Below are positions 25,880 through 38,734 of a DNA stretch of 64,000 nucleotides, piece after piece. Each line of letters starts with the position of its first letter. Positions within the stretch are counted from its first letter, which is position 1. The DNA comes from Mobula birostris (taxonomy: Eukaryota). A program made the position numbers and the translations under genes. Below the pieces are notes generated by a model that searched no databases, had not been told where the DNA came from, and saw only the letters and a program-made list of their open reading frames with translations. Where the stretch lies: the NCBI RefSeq assembly GCF_030028105.1, contig NC_092374.1, positions 158,062,432 to 158,126,431 on the forward strand, written 5' to 3'.

Positions 25880-27031
25880 ATCAACAGACGATGCAATAGC
25901 CAGTGCTCTACATACTATCCTTACATATCTAGAGAGAAAAGGATGATTATGTGAGAATGCTGTTCTTGGACTACAGTTCAGTATTCAGCACCATAATTCC
26001 ATCCAGGCTCGACAGGAAGCTCAGAGACCTTGGCCTTGACCCTGCCTTGAGCAGCTGGATCCTGGACTTCCTGTCAGATTGCTGGCAGGTAGTAAGAGTG
26101 GGCTCCCTCACCCCACTCCTCTGATTGTCAACACAGGAGCCCCTCAGGGCGGTGTACTAAGTCTCTTCCTTTACTCCCTGTATACTCGTGACTGTGTTGC
26201 CACTGATGACACTACATTGATTGGCCTAATCTCAAATAATAATGAAGTGATCTACAGGGAAGAAGTCATCTCTCTGACACAGTGGTGTCAAGAAACCAAC
26301 CTCTCCCTCAATGTCGCAAAAGAAAAGGAGCTGGTTGTGGATTACAGGAGGAATGGAGATGGGCTAACCCCTATTGACATCAATGGATCTGGGGTTGAGA
26401 GGGTAAACAGCTTTAAGTTCCTCAGCATCCACATCTCCAAGGACCTCACCTGGTCTGTACATACCGACTGTTGGGTGAAAAAGGCACAACAGCGCCTCTT
26501 TCACCTCAGACGGATGGAGAAGTTTGGTGCGGGCCCCCAAATTCTAAGAACTTTCTACAGGGGCACAATTGAGGGCATCCTGACTGGCTGCATCACTGCC
26601 TGGTGTGGGAACTGTACCTCCCTTAATAGCAGAATTCTGCAAGGAGTGGTGCGGACAGCCTGGCACATCTGTAGTTGTGAACTTCCCATGATTCAGGACA
26701 TTTACAAGGACAGGTGTGTAAAAAGGGCCTGAAGGATCATTGGGGACCTAAGTCATCCCAACCACAGTCTATTCCAACTGCTACCATCCGGGAAACAGTA
26801 CCACAGCATAAAAGCCAGGGCTAACAGGCTCCGGGACAGCTTCTTCCACCAGGCCATCAGACTGATTAACTCACAATGATTTGAATGTATTTCTATGTTA
26901 CATTGACTGTTCTATTTATTATAAATTACTATGATTGCACATTGCACATTTAGATGGAGACGTAACGTAAAGATTTTTATTCCTCATGTATGTGAAGGAT
27001 GTAAGAAATAAAGTCAATTCTATTCAATTCA
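25880..27031 (+). mobile_element. Rex1/Babar LINE, 5'-truncated, RT pseudogene
   Basis: ORF 26079..26732 NTGAPQG..LYSLYT.DCVA.DDTTLIGLI..LNVAK.KELVVDYRR..KKAQQRLFHLRR, with the FA of FADD deleted. Ends aataaagtcaattctattcaattca. Confidence 0.92.
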
Positions 27032-27119
27032 TAGGGCCCTTTCTCTTAGTAACTCACTGGTCCACTCATTTGATCCCACTAACCATCCACTGGAACTTTC
27101 CCTTGAAACCACAGGTGAT

Positions 27120-27840
27120 TCGAAATTCAAAGTACAATTTTTTATCAGAGTACATAGATGTGATCACATATAGCCTGAGACACTTTTTCTGTGGCATACT
27201 TAGTAAATCTATAGAACAGTAACTGTAAACTGTAAACAAACTGTGCAAATGCAGATATAAATAAATAGCAAAAATAATGATAATGCAATAACAATATAAC
27301 AGTACTTAAATGAGTATAGCTATCACCTTTTGTTCAAGACCCTGATGGCTGAGAGGTCGTAACTGTTCTTGAACCTGATGGTGTGAATCCTGAGGCACCG
27401 GTACCTTCTACTTGAAGGCAGCAGTGAGAAGAGAGCCTGGCCTGGGAGGTGAGGATCTTTGAAGATGGATACTGCTTTTCTACGGTAATGTTTCATGTAG
27501 ATGTGCTCAAAGGTTGAGAGGGTTTTATCTGTGATGTACTGGGCCACATCCACTATCTTTTCCTCTCAAAGGCTTTGGTGTTCCTATTCCAGGCTGTAAT
27601 GTAGCCAGTAAGCACAGTTTCCACCACGCATCTATAGAAGTTTGGCAAGGGTTTCACTGACATGCTCAACCTCCACGGACTTCTGAGGAAGTAGAGATGC
27701 TGTTGTGCTTTCTTCACGATAATTATATGATGGGTCCAGGGCAGGTCCTCTGAGATAGTGACACCAAGAGATTTAAAGGTACTGACCCTCTCCACCTCTG
27801 ATCATCCGACGATTACTGGGTCATGGACCCCTGGTTTACC
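27120..27840 (-). mobile_element. Rex1-type LINE 3' part
   Basis: ORFs 27323..27553 and 27553..27795 (ERVSTFKSLGVTISEDLPW; PGQALFSLLPSSRRYR). Confidence 0.85.
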
Positions 27841-27905
27841 AATACTTGATGCAATACTTGTTCTTTCATCTTCTCAAGGACACAGACAGTCTTCCAGCTG
27901 AAGCA

Positions 27906-28073
27906 TAAACACAAAATACTCTGCAGATGCTGGGGTCAAAGCAACACTCACAACACACTGGAGGAACTCAGCAAGTCGGGCAGCATCTGTGGAAACGATC
28001 AGTCAATGTTGACCGATTGTTTCCACGGATGCTGCCCGACCTGCTGAGTTCCTCCATCATGTTGTGAGTGTTG
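27906..28073. mobile_element. PLE-derived mini fold-back element
   Basis: 67-bp inverted arms 27941-28007 and 28008-28074 with 8 mismatches. Perfect 15-bp TSD cttccagctgaagca (27891-27905 and 28074-28088). Confidence 0.9.
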
Positions 28074-28396
28074 CTTCCAGCTGAAGCAGCAATTCCCTTG
28101 CAGTTTATCCAATCCCATTCACTATATTTGGCATTAATAAGTGGATTCCTTCATGCTGGAGAAATCAAATGTTGATATGGTGATTGCTGTGTGGAACACC
28201 TACGTTCAGGGCTCAGTAGGTGGTTCTGAGCTTCTCCTACCTGCCACTTTAGTACTCAATCCCAGTCCCTCCCTAATTTATTGGTCTTTGATCTCATATA
28301 TTGTTACATTGAGGCCTAACATAAGGTTGAGGAACTGCACCTCATCTTCTGTCTCGGTACATTGCAGCCTTCTGAACTTAGCAATAAACTCTACTA

Positions 28397-28964
28397 CAGG
28401 GGTGGCGAACCTTTTTGAGAGTGTGTGCCCAAATTGGCGATAATCTTCCAACAGATTCTCTTGTGTGCCACGGTAATTTTGGGCAGAGATTATCATTGAT
28501 TAATGAATTAGTAACAATAATTATGGACTTACTAAAGGAAAAAAGATGAGTACTGTTACTTGTTTACTTGTTTTAATAATCTGTTCAAAATTATTAATAT
28601 TCTTTTAAAAGACGTGAAAAATAACATCATTTACAAGTAGTATTGTCAGTGTAACTGCTTACTTTCCAAATGCTGATGTGTACACTATGTCTGCAAGGAT
28701 TTGAAAATGTGTCATCCAACATTATATGTTTTTGCAACTGTCTGGCAGGCACCAAACCATATGAGACGTTTCCTGTGAAAACATCCCATTGCTCTGGAAT
28801 TGTAAAAAACTCATTGACTTTTATTTGAAGTAAAGATGATCATTATGTATCTTTTTATTATGATTGAGGTTTAAAGAATCAAGGGGGCAACACTGCATGC
28901 CGCATGCCAACAAATCTTTATGCATCCCATCTCAGGCTTGTGTGCCATAGCTTTGCCACCCCTG
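28397..28964. mobile_element. hAT MITE
   Basis: TIRs caggggtggcgaa / tttgccacccctg, AT-rich interior, degenerate TSD. Confidence 0.8.
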
Positions 28965-30514
28965 CTTTGCGACTTCCGGTAACTTGATTTCTCTGTCTGT
29001 ATCAGTTATTTATTTGTAATATTGGCTGAGATTATATGTTTCTTTTCCTTTTTATTTTATTTTAGTCTGGATGTGGAGAACATGCACAAGTGGATCTGCA
29101 GGATGTGTCTTCCTGCATTGCATTTTGCGACGCTGTTTTCTTTTGTCTGTGCTCTCACTCTCCTACTGCATGCACTCACTCATTGACCAGATAACCTTGT
29201 AGTTAAGCTTATAGTTGCAGGTAAGCTTATAGTTACCCTGGCTTTACCCTATCAGTGACATTACCCCAAACACCTTTCCTACAGATTAACAAGCCGTGTC
29301 TCTCTCCTTCTCAATTCTGATGAAGAGTCTTTGATCTGAAGCATCAACTCTGTTCTTTTTCAGCAGAAGTGGCCTGACCTGTTGAGTCCTTTCAGCATTT
29401 TTGGCTTTTATCTTAGGACAAAGTAGTCCACTTGATAGGCATCATATCTTTATTCTAACCACTGGATCTAACTATGTCTGGTACATGTTGGGTACGACAG
29501 CATTTTGGGAGAGACTTCACCAGGTGGACTAGAGGGGCTGACCACTACTTTCTCAAGGACAAGTAGAGATGGATAAGAAATGCCGGCCTTCATAGCAACA
29601 CCGAGATCCGGAAAATGTTTGAAAAATAGTTGTAGGAAAGAGGTGAAATGGAATGCAGCATATTTCAAAAATGTCCATGCACAGGCTAGATGATAAATTA
29701 CCTTTAATTCTTGTCGACTTTGCAAGACCTCGTTTGTGTAATAAATGCATAGAAATGAGGAATTGAATTTCCCCCGAGTACTGGTGTGAAATTGGTTTTC
29801 AGCAGTTTAAAGCACTTTCCTTAGCTGTTGTACTGCATAGCACAATGTGAGATTCAGACGTGGGGTGATGATTTGCCTACGGCTTCTCATTGGAGCCAAG
29901 TTGTTCTTAGAGCTGAATTGCACTGCTGCTGAGCGGCGTGTGCCATTGTTTACTGCATACTCGTGACATGAAAGGCAGCCCCTCACAGCGATGCCTTGTG
30001 AAGCCTTCTAATTCCTCTCTGGTTTGAATGCAGTCTTTTTATGATGCACATCTGCTTCCAAATGCAGAAATAGAGAAGGACAAAACTGGAAAGGCTTTGC
30101 GGCCCAAGTAATATTTGAGTTCTAAACAGCTCAAAACATTTTCTGCAAAGCTGCATGTAGTGGTATAATTAGGACTCAAAAATAAAACTGCAGATGTTGG
30201 AAATCTGACATGTTAGCTGTTTCTCTTACCACAAATCTTCTGGGTGTATGCCCTGAGTTCTTTCAGCATTTTCTGCTTTTAGTATAATTTGATCTTAGCT
30301 TCTTGGAATTCAGGAAAAGTGGTGATATAATTAGATCTAATTACAAAGGTATCTTACCCTCTTTGTAGTTTAGATAAGAAAAAGAGATCTTATTACAGCT
30401 TGCAAGATGATGAATGAGTGAAGGGAGAAAGATGGGGTTGAAAGAGTAAATACTGCTGGAATGTTTCACTTGGTGGGAATATCTAAAACTCTAGACATGG
30501 CTTTGGGTTATAAG

Positions 30515-31288
30515 ACCATAAGACCATAAGACAAAGGAGCAGAAGTGGGCCATTCGGCCCATCGAGTCTGCGCCGCCATTTTATCATGAGCAGATCCATT
30601 CTCCTATTTAGTCCCACTCCCCTGCCTTCTCACCATAACCTTTGATGCCCTGGCTACTCAGATACCTATCAATCTCTGCCTTAAATACACCCAATGATTT
30701 GACCTCCACTGCCTCTCGTGGCAACAAATTCCACAGATTCACCACCCTCTGGCTAAAAAAATCTCTTCGCATCTCTGTTCTGAATGGGCGCCCTTCAATC
30801 CTTAAGTCATGCCCTCTCGTACTAGACTCCCCCATCATGGGAAACAACTTTGCTACATCCACTCTGTCCATGCCTTTCAACATTCGAAATGTTTTTATGA
30901 GGTCCCCGCTCATTCTTCTAAACTCCAAGAGTACAGTCCAAGAGCGGACAAACATTCCTCATACGTTAACCCTCTCATTCCCAGAATCATTCTAGTGAAT
31001 CTTCTCTGAAGCCTCTCCAACATCAGCACGTCTTTTCTTAAATAAGGAGCCCAAAACGGCACACAGTACTCCAAGTGAGGTCTTACCAGCACCTTATAGA
31101 GCATCAACATCACATCCCTGCTCCTATACTCTATTCCTCTAGAAATGAATCCCAACATTGCATTCGCCTTCATCACCACCGACTCAACCTGGAGGTTAAC
31201 CTTAAGGGTATCCTGCACGAGGACTCCCAAGTCCCATTGTATCTCAGAACTTTGAATTCTCTCCCCATTTAAATAATAGTCTGCCTGC
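30515..31288 (-). mobile_element. Young CR1/HER1-type LINE 3' part inside an older CR1
   Basis: LYKVLVRPHLEYCVPFWAPYLRKD..FFSQRVVNLWNLLP. (TAAGACCA)n tail. TSD ttataag. Confidence 0.92.
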
Positions 31289-31450
31289 TTATAAGGTTAT
31301 GGGGTCCAATAATTGAGCCTGAGATGAAAAAACATTTTTTTTTTCAGTGTTGCTAAGTCTTTGGATTTTCTCAGAACCAGAATCAGATTGGTTATCACTG
31401 ACATATGACATGAATTTATTGTTTTATGGCAGCAGCTGCAAAAATAAGTA

Positions 31451-32131
31451 GGAGGAGGAGAAGATGGCGGCACGACGCAGCTTGCGCGGCCACTCCGGTG
31501 AATGATATCTGTAATCTGTCAAGTAGGGTGCTGTGCACAATCCTCATTTGATGGAGACAGACGTGAGAGAATGGAGGAACATCTGGAGAAACTTCTGAAA
31601 TGCCTTTTTCACTGCCGTTGTTACTGTGTGATCCTGAATCTCCGGAGGGAAAGGCCCCGAGTCCTTGGCTTTGCTTGTTGCTCAGCGGCTGGGACAGAGT
31701 CAAAGTGCTTGGCAGAGGTGGTGCTCGGTGCTCGATGTCGAAGGGCTGGTCAGACGCTCGAAGTTTTCAGACGGACTCAGAGTCGGCTGGGGTCGTGTGC
31801 TTCCAATGCATCAACTGTTGTCAGTGCTTGGAAGTTTATGGCAGAGAGAGTTTCTCCCTTCTGCCGCCTGCTATTGGGACTATCGGGAGTCAATCGGAAC
31901 TTTGAGACTTTTTTTTACCGTTCCCATGGTTTGGTCTTTATCAAATTATGGTATTGTTTTTCACTGCTGTAACTATACGTTATAATTATGTGGTCTTGCC
32001 AGTGTTAGTCTTTGGTTTGTCCTGTTTTTTTTGTGTGATATCACTCCGGAGGAACATTGTATGATTTCCTAATGCATGCATGCATTTCTAAATGACAATA
32101 AATGAGGACTGAGTGTCCTCATAATCTAATC
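31451..32131 (+). mobile_element. Non-coding retroposon with a YY1-type 5' motif, 3' hairpin and (TAATC)n tail
   Basis: Starts ggaggaggagAAGATGGCGgc. Ends aataaa-tgaggac tgagt gtcctca-taatctaatc. Comparatively CpG-rich. Confidence 0.65.
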
Positions 32132-32234
32132 AAATATAATAGTGAAAGAAATGAGGTAGTGGACCATTCAGAAATTTGATGTCGAGGAAGCTATTTCTGT
32201 ATCATTCAATATAGGTCTTCAGGCTTTCGTACCT

Positions 32235-32742
32235 CATAAATGGCTTCTGAGTGTATGTCATAGTCTTATGTTGCTGTAGCCCATCCACTTCAAGGTTTGA
32301 CATATTGTACATTCAGAGATGCTCTTCTGCACACCACTGTTGTAACGTGTGCTTATCTGAGTTACAGTCACCTTCCTGTCAGGGTGAACCAGTTTGGCCA
32401 TTCTTATCTGACCTCTCTCATTAACAAGGTGTTTTCTCACCCACAGAACTGCTGCCTACTCGATTTTTTTTTTGTTTAAGCTCTAGAGACTGTTGTGCTT
32501 GAAAATCCTAAAAGATCAGCAGTTTCTAAGATACTCAAAGCACCCCATCTGGCACCAACAATAAATCGACTGTCAGAGGCACTTAGATCACATTTCTTTC
32601 CCATTCTGATGTTTAGTCTAAACAGCAACTGAGCCTCTTGACTTTGTCAGCATGCTTTTATGTATTGAGTTGCTGCCATATGATTGGCTGATTAGATATT
32701 TGCATTAATGAGGAGGTGTACTAATAAGGTGGCCAGTGAGTG
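32235..32742 (-). mobile_element. Non-autonomous Tc1-family element
   Basis: ORF 32258..32440 GQIRMAKLVHPDRKVTVTQISTRYNSGVQKSISECT. TIR end ..taataaggtggccagtgagtg|TA. Confidence 0.85.
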
Positions 32743-33529
32743 TATATTGGTGACTCAGATGGACAGATTTTTGGGCAATTGAATTCTGGGGAATGGGTGG
32801 GGAAATGGTTTTGAGGCCACATTTGGATCAGCTGTGATGCTATTGAATAGCGAAGCAGGGGTAAGGGGCCACTATTTCTTATAGTTCTGTGAATTTTATT
32901 CCTGTTGCATCAGGCAGACAGAGAAAACGTTTCCTCTTATAAGACTGATTAAGATGAAACTTAGTGTATGACAGACTGGCAGATGTGTCTCAAAGGCATC
33001 ATTATGAGTGGTGTCATAAGTCTTCTATGTTTCTATGTTTAATGCATGAATTGTTAATTTGGTTTATTATTGTCACATGTGCTGGGATACAGTTGAAAAA
33101 CTTGTCTTGTACACCATCCATACAGATTAATTCATTAAAACTGTACATGGTTGAAGTAGTGCAAGATAAAATAATAGAGTGCAGATCAAAATGCTACAAT
33201 TGATATCAATTTTCAATAAAAGTAAATATAAATTTCAGCTGTGTTCAGTTACCAAAGCACTCTTTCAGATCTTACTTGAAGGTCCCTTGGGAAAGTATAG
33301 ACCTAAATCAATTTAGCTAGTTTAGTCACAGGTCCACACACTAAAACATTGGTTGGTTGCAATAGAACAAATTTGTTCAATATTAAGAAATAATATAAAT
33401 CCAACTTTAGTAAAAGGAGGTTCATGTGTAGCGATGTTCTCACAGTGTCATTCACCACATTATTATCAGTTGGTAGTTTTTACGGTTTATTTATCTTATA
33501 CAAGGTGTTAATGTGCTTTTAGAACATAA

Positions 33530-33990
33530 TTTCAAAGTTTCAAGGACATTTATTATCAAAGTATGTATACTTTATACAACCTTGAGATTGGTCTCCTTAC
33601 AGGCAGTCACAAAACAAAGAAACCTCAAAACAACCAATTAGAAAAAAGACTGTCAGACATGCAATGTGCAGAGAGAGTGAAAAAAACACAAATCGTGCAA
33701 ACAATGAAAGTAAGCAAATAGCTTCAGAGCTGAAGTTTTATGAAAGACACAAAGCCAGGCATCACTGCAGCTGGAGAAAGCCACAGCCTTTGCTTGCCAC
33801 AGAGCTGAGAAAGCGTTGCAGGACCACAGACATGAAGCAAGGCATCACTGCAGCCGAAGCAGGCCACGGCCCTGGTTCAGCACAGAGCTGAGTAAACGTC
33901 ATGGAGTGGTGAATGGAACCAGGCTGAGCTGGCCCTCATCTCGCCTCCGGTTCCGACACCCGGACCTGCAAGTACAGTGGGCCCTGCCAC
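33530..33990 (-). mobile_element. Non-coding retroposon family A, truncated
   Basis: Similar to 6345-7052 and 34980-35742. Confidence 0.6.
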
Positions 33991-34099
33991 TTCCTCAATT
34001 TTCTCTCCTATCCATTCTTGTATGTGTAGGTTCCAGAATTCCTTTGTTAAACCTCTCGGCTTCTTTCCTCCTCCCTTTAAGACATAGCTCTCACCAAGC

Positions 34100-34600
34100 C
34101 TTTGACTGCCATGCCCACAAAGTTGTGCCGAACACGTCCCTACCTTAGAAATTACTCGGGTTACCCATAGCCCTCTGTTTTTCTGAGCTCCATGTACCCA
34201 TCCAAAAGTCTCTTAAAAGACCCTGTTGTATCTGTCTCCACCACCATTGCCGGCAGCCCATTCCACGCACTCACCACTCTCTGTGTAAAAAACGTACCCC
34301 TGACATCTCCTCTGTACCTACTTCCAAGCACCTTAAACCTGTGCCCTCTTGTGTTAGCCATTTCAGCCCTGGGAAAAAAGCCTCTGACTATCCACACGAT
34401 CAATGCCTCTCATCATCTTATACACCTCTATCAGGTCACCTCTCATCCTCTGTCGCTCCAAGGAGAAAAGGCCAAATTCACTCAACCTGTTTTCATAAGG
34501 CATGCTCCCCAATCCAGGCAACATGCTTGTAAATCTCATCTGCACCCTTTTTATGGTTTCCACATCCTTCCTGTAGTGAGGCGACCAGAACTGAGCACTG
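34100..34600 (-). mobile_element. CR1-type LINE 3' part
   Basis: RVQMRFTSMLPGL..LFSLERQRMRGDLIEVYK and FFTQRVVSAWNGLP. Confidence 0.9.
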
Positions 34601-34619
34601 TTTTTCTATTTTTCATTAA

Positions 34620-34816
34620 CTTGCCATTCATTACATATGTGAGGTCATTTCTCAGATCTTCTCTGAGGTGTGCAGAGACCTGAGCATGGCCTGGAAATCT
34701 TTCCAGTGCCTTTTGAAATTTTCCTTTTGTGATGTCAGGATGGTGCTCAAAAGAAGAAAAAAAGGATTTTAGAAGTGTTTGGATTTTGAAATTTCGGATA
34801 AGGGATACTTAACCTG
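34620..34816 (-). mobile_element. pogo/Tigger-like (Tigger4/Zombi-type) terminal fragment
   Basis: Ends ..atttcggataagggatacttaacctg|TA, whose reverse complement is CAGGTTAAGTATCCCTTATCCGAAA. No partner TIR seen. Confidence 0.6.
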
Positions 34817-34979
34817 TATTCAAAAGGAGAACTGTAAATGATTAAGTAGTAGGCCACCAATGATTTTTAAAACGGAAGATTTTTAAATGTATTCACATAT
34901 TGCCAAGTCAAACATCTGTTGGGATTCTCAACTTGCCTTTGAAATGGATAACTTGCTATAATATTTCAGCTGTTAAGTA

Positions 34980-35742
34980 CAAATTTCAAAGTACATTTAT
35001 TATCAAAGTATAGACAATATACTGTGTACAACCTTGAAATTTGTCTTCTTACATGCAGCCATAAAAACAAAGATATCCATTAGAACCCATTAAAAAGGCT
35101 GTTTTAACACTCAATGTATGAAAAAAAGAACAAATCATATAAACAACAAAAAGTAAACAAGTAAAACTCAGAACTGAAGTTCATGAAGGAGATTCCACAG
35201 TAACAAAGCCATTTCATTGCTGCAGCCAGTCCAGGAGTCCGTTAATTGCAGGCTACAACCTCTGTTCAGCACAGGGACTAGTAAACCTTGCGAAGCAGCG
35301 GCCGGACACCGGCCCATCCCTCGCCTCTGGCCTCAACCCTCAACCCTTTCAATCTTGTCATGTGCTTAAATCATCCAAACATCGGCCTGTTCCTCACACT
35401 CTGGCCTGGGCCCTGCCACTTTAATGCGGCCCCAAGTCTGCTCCAGCAATGGCCAATCATTGGCTCGTTCCTCATTCTTAGACCTGGCCCTGCTGCCTCA
35501 ATTTGGCCCGTACCTGTTGTGCTGCCGCACTGCACCTTTGAGACTGCAGTTCACCAAGTCCTCCCCAACACTGCAAAAATGCTAGGTTATACAGGCGGTT
35601 CAGAAGCACAGCTCGGAAAGGGAAATTACAGGCTATTGATTGCAGTGATCGCTGTCCAGAAAAAAGTGTGATTAAAGGGGTAGTTAGTGGATTCGTTTGC
35701 TGCCAGTAAAATGTCACTGTGTCTCACTAGCACCATCTTAAA
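34980..35742 (-). mobile_element. Non-coding retroposon family A
   Basis: Tail ttcaaagtacatttattatcaaagt. The 5' end reads AAGATGGTGC on the minus strand (35730-35739). Confidence 0.65.
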
Positions 35743-36029
35743 TCTCAAACACTAAGTCTAGACCAAGTATTAGTATTGGTATTTGTCCATTATTGTCACA
35801 CGTTCCAAAATATAGTGAAAAGATTTTTGTTTGCATGCAATCCAGACAAATCATTCCATTGCTCTGTGCATTGAGGTAGTAAAAGGGAGAAGAGAATGTG
35901 GAATATGGTATTACAGAGTAAGTGCAGTGCAGGCAGACAAATAAATAGGTTGGAAGATAGGAAGTTCATCTCTCAGGTCTTTTCTAGAGTTTGATAACAG
36001 TGATATCAAACGAAGAAAGTAAAATCTGA

Positions 36030-38214
36030 TGGAGCAGTATTTAAGTGGAGTAAGGGAAATTACAGTGGTATGAGAGAGGACTTGGCCAAAGTGAATTGGA
36101 AAGAGCTGCTGGCAGGGATGTCAACAAAGCACAATGGCATGCGTTCCTGGGAAAAATGAGGAAGATGTATTCCAAAAATGAAGAAATACTCAAATGGAAA
36201 AATAGTACAACCATGGCTGACAAGGGAAGTCAAAGCTATTGTAAAAGCAAAAGAAAGGGCGTACAATAAAGCAAAAATTAGTGGGAAGATAGAGGATTGG
36301 AAAGTTTTTAAAAACCTACAGAGAGAAACTAAAAATATCATTGGAAGGGAAAAGATGAAATTTGAAAGCAAGCTAGCAAATAATAACAAAAGTGGATAGT
36401 AAAAGTTTCTTCGAGTATGTTAAAAATAAATGAGATATGAGAGTGGATATAGGACTGCTAGAAAATGAGGCAGGAGAAATAATAGTGGGGGACAAACAGA
36501 TGGCCTATGAACTAAATGAGTATTTTGCGTCAGTCTTCGCTGTGGAAGACACTAGCAATATACTTGATGCTGTAGTTATGTGAAGGAAGATAAGTGGGCA
36601 CAGTTACTGTTACAAGAGAGAAGGTGCTCAAAAAGCTGAAAGACCTAAAGGTACGTAAGTCAACCGGACCAGAGGAACTGCACCCTAGGGTTCTGAAAGA
36701 GGTAGGATTAGAGATTGTGGTGGCATTAGAAAATCATTGGACTCTGGCATGGTGCCAGACGACTGGAAAATTGCAAATGTTACTCAACTCTTTAAGAAAG
36801 GAGGAAGGCAGCAGAAAGAAAATTATAGACCAATTAGCCTGGCCTCAATGGTTGGGAAGGTGTTAGAGTACTTGTTAAGGATGAGGTGATGGAGTACTTG
36901 GTGACACAGGACAACGTAGTACAAAGTCAGCATGGTTTCCTTCAGGGGAAATCCTGCCTGATGAACTTGTTGGAATTCTTTGTGGAGATTACAAGTAGGA
37001 TAGATAAAGGGGATGCAGTGGATGTTGTATATCTGGATTTTCAGAAGACCTTTGACAAGGTGCCACACATGAGGCTGCTTACCAAGTTAAGAGTCCATGG
37101 TATTACAGGAAAGTTACTAACATGGTTAGAGCATTGGCTGATTGGTAGGAGGCAGTGAGTGGGAATAAAAGTATCCTTTTCTGGTTGGCTGCCAGTGACT
37201 AGTGGTGTTCTGCAGGGGTCGGTGTTGGGATCATTTCTTTTTATGCTGTATATAAATGATTTAGATGATGGAATAGATGGCTCTGTTGCCGAATTTGCAG
37301 ATGGTACAATGATTGGTGGAGGGGCAGGTAGTGTTGAGGAAACAGGTAGGGTGCAGAAGGACTTAGACAGATTAGGAGAATGGGCAAGAAAGTGGTAAAT
37401 GGAATACAATGTTGGAAAATGCATGGTCATGCACTTTGGTAGTAGAAATAAATGTGTGGACTATTTTCTAAACTGGGAGAAAATACAGGAATCTGAGATG
37501 CAAAGGGACTTGGGAGTCCTTGTGCAGAACACCCTAAAAGTCAACTTGCAGGTTAAGTTGGTGGTGAGGAAGGCAAATGGCATGTTAGTATTCATTTCAA
37601 GAGCAAGGATGTAATGGTGAAGCTTTCTGAGGCACCGGTGAGGCCTCACCTTAAGTATTATGAACAGTTTTGGGCCCCTTATCTTAGAAAAGATGTGCTG
37701 GCATTGGAGAGGGTCCAGAAGGGGTTCACAAGGATGATTCCAGGAATGAAAGGGTTATCATAAAAGGAACATTTGATAGCTCTGGGTCTGTACTCGCTGG
37801 AATTCAGAAGGATGTGGGGGAGATCTCATTGAAATCTTTTGAATGTTGAAAGGCCTAGACAGAGTAGATGTCAAAAGGGTGTTTCCCATGGTGGGAGAGT
37901 CTAGGACAAGAGGGCACAGCCTCAGGATAGAGGGGTGCCCTTTCAAAACAGAGATGCAAAGAAGAATCTTTAGACAAAGCATGGTGAATTTGTGGAATTT
38001 GTTGCCACATACAGCTGTGAAGGCCATGTTGTTTGGTGTATTTAAGGCAGAGATTGATAGGTTCTTGATTGGACATGGCATCAAAGGTTACGGGGAGAAG
38101 ACCGGGAAGTGGGGTTGAGGAGCAGATAGAAAAAAAGGATCAGCCATGATTGAATGGCAGAGCAGACTCGATGGGCCAGATGGCCTAATTCTGCTGCTAT
38201 GTCTTATGGTCTTA
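36030..38214 (+). mobile_element. CR1/HER1-type LINE, about 2.2 kb, RT pseudogene
   Basis: SQHGFLQGKSCLMNLLEFF..VDVVYLDFQKTFDKVPH; SGVLQGSVLG..YINDL..FADGT. Tail tcttatggtctta. Confidence 0.95.
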
Positions 38215-38734
38215 CGATATTGAAGCTATTTTTGAGCTTGGTGTTATGTGCCCTGAAGTTTTTGTGACTTCTTCCTGACAGAAGTTGGGATCCCCTTTAT
38301 ACCTTGAATTTTGGCAAACCAGATGGCAACAGCTTTGTCCCTCTTATAAAGAAAGCTATGGCTCATGTGTAGCATCCATAGGTGCTGCCTGATCTGTCGA
38401 GTTCCTCCAGCATTTTGTGTTTGTTGCTCTGGATTTCCATTATCTGCGGAATCACTTGTGTCTGTTCATAATCGTACTGTTCCTGTGGTCTATTTAGTCT
38501 GCCTGTGTTTGTTGATCTAAAATGCCTCTTGGTTAATGTGAACTTTCATTTTGGAAGTTTCATCCTCATTTCTAAGTTCTTCCATGATCTCCTGCGTTTG
38601 CTCTCTTTGTACTCTTGTCCTGAATTATTTATTAAACTCATAGCCAATTTTATTTGTTGCCATCTCGTTGAAAGTCTTTGGGATGGTCCAAAACATTGGG
38701 GCACGATGATCTAATCAGATTGTTTTCTAGATTA

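Larger units (their letters stand above)
27850..29420 (+). mobile_element. Old PLE 3' part hosting two later insertions
   Basis: QGHRQSSS resembles QGPKQSFQ. aggttgaggaactgcacctcatcttc. Degenerate hammerhead at about 29316-29350. Confidence 0.6.

Noticed and set aside
26079-26732. Longest ORF (217 aa) as a host gene
   Set aside because: It is a Rex1 RT fragment with a deletion through the FADD motif, inside a truncated LINE.
31502-31985. Three overlapping ORFs of 101-156 aa
   Set aside because: No recognisable motifs. Long frames are expected in a GC-richer repeat.
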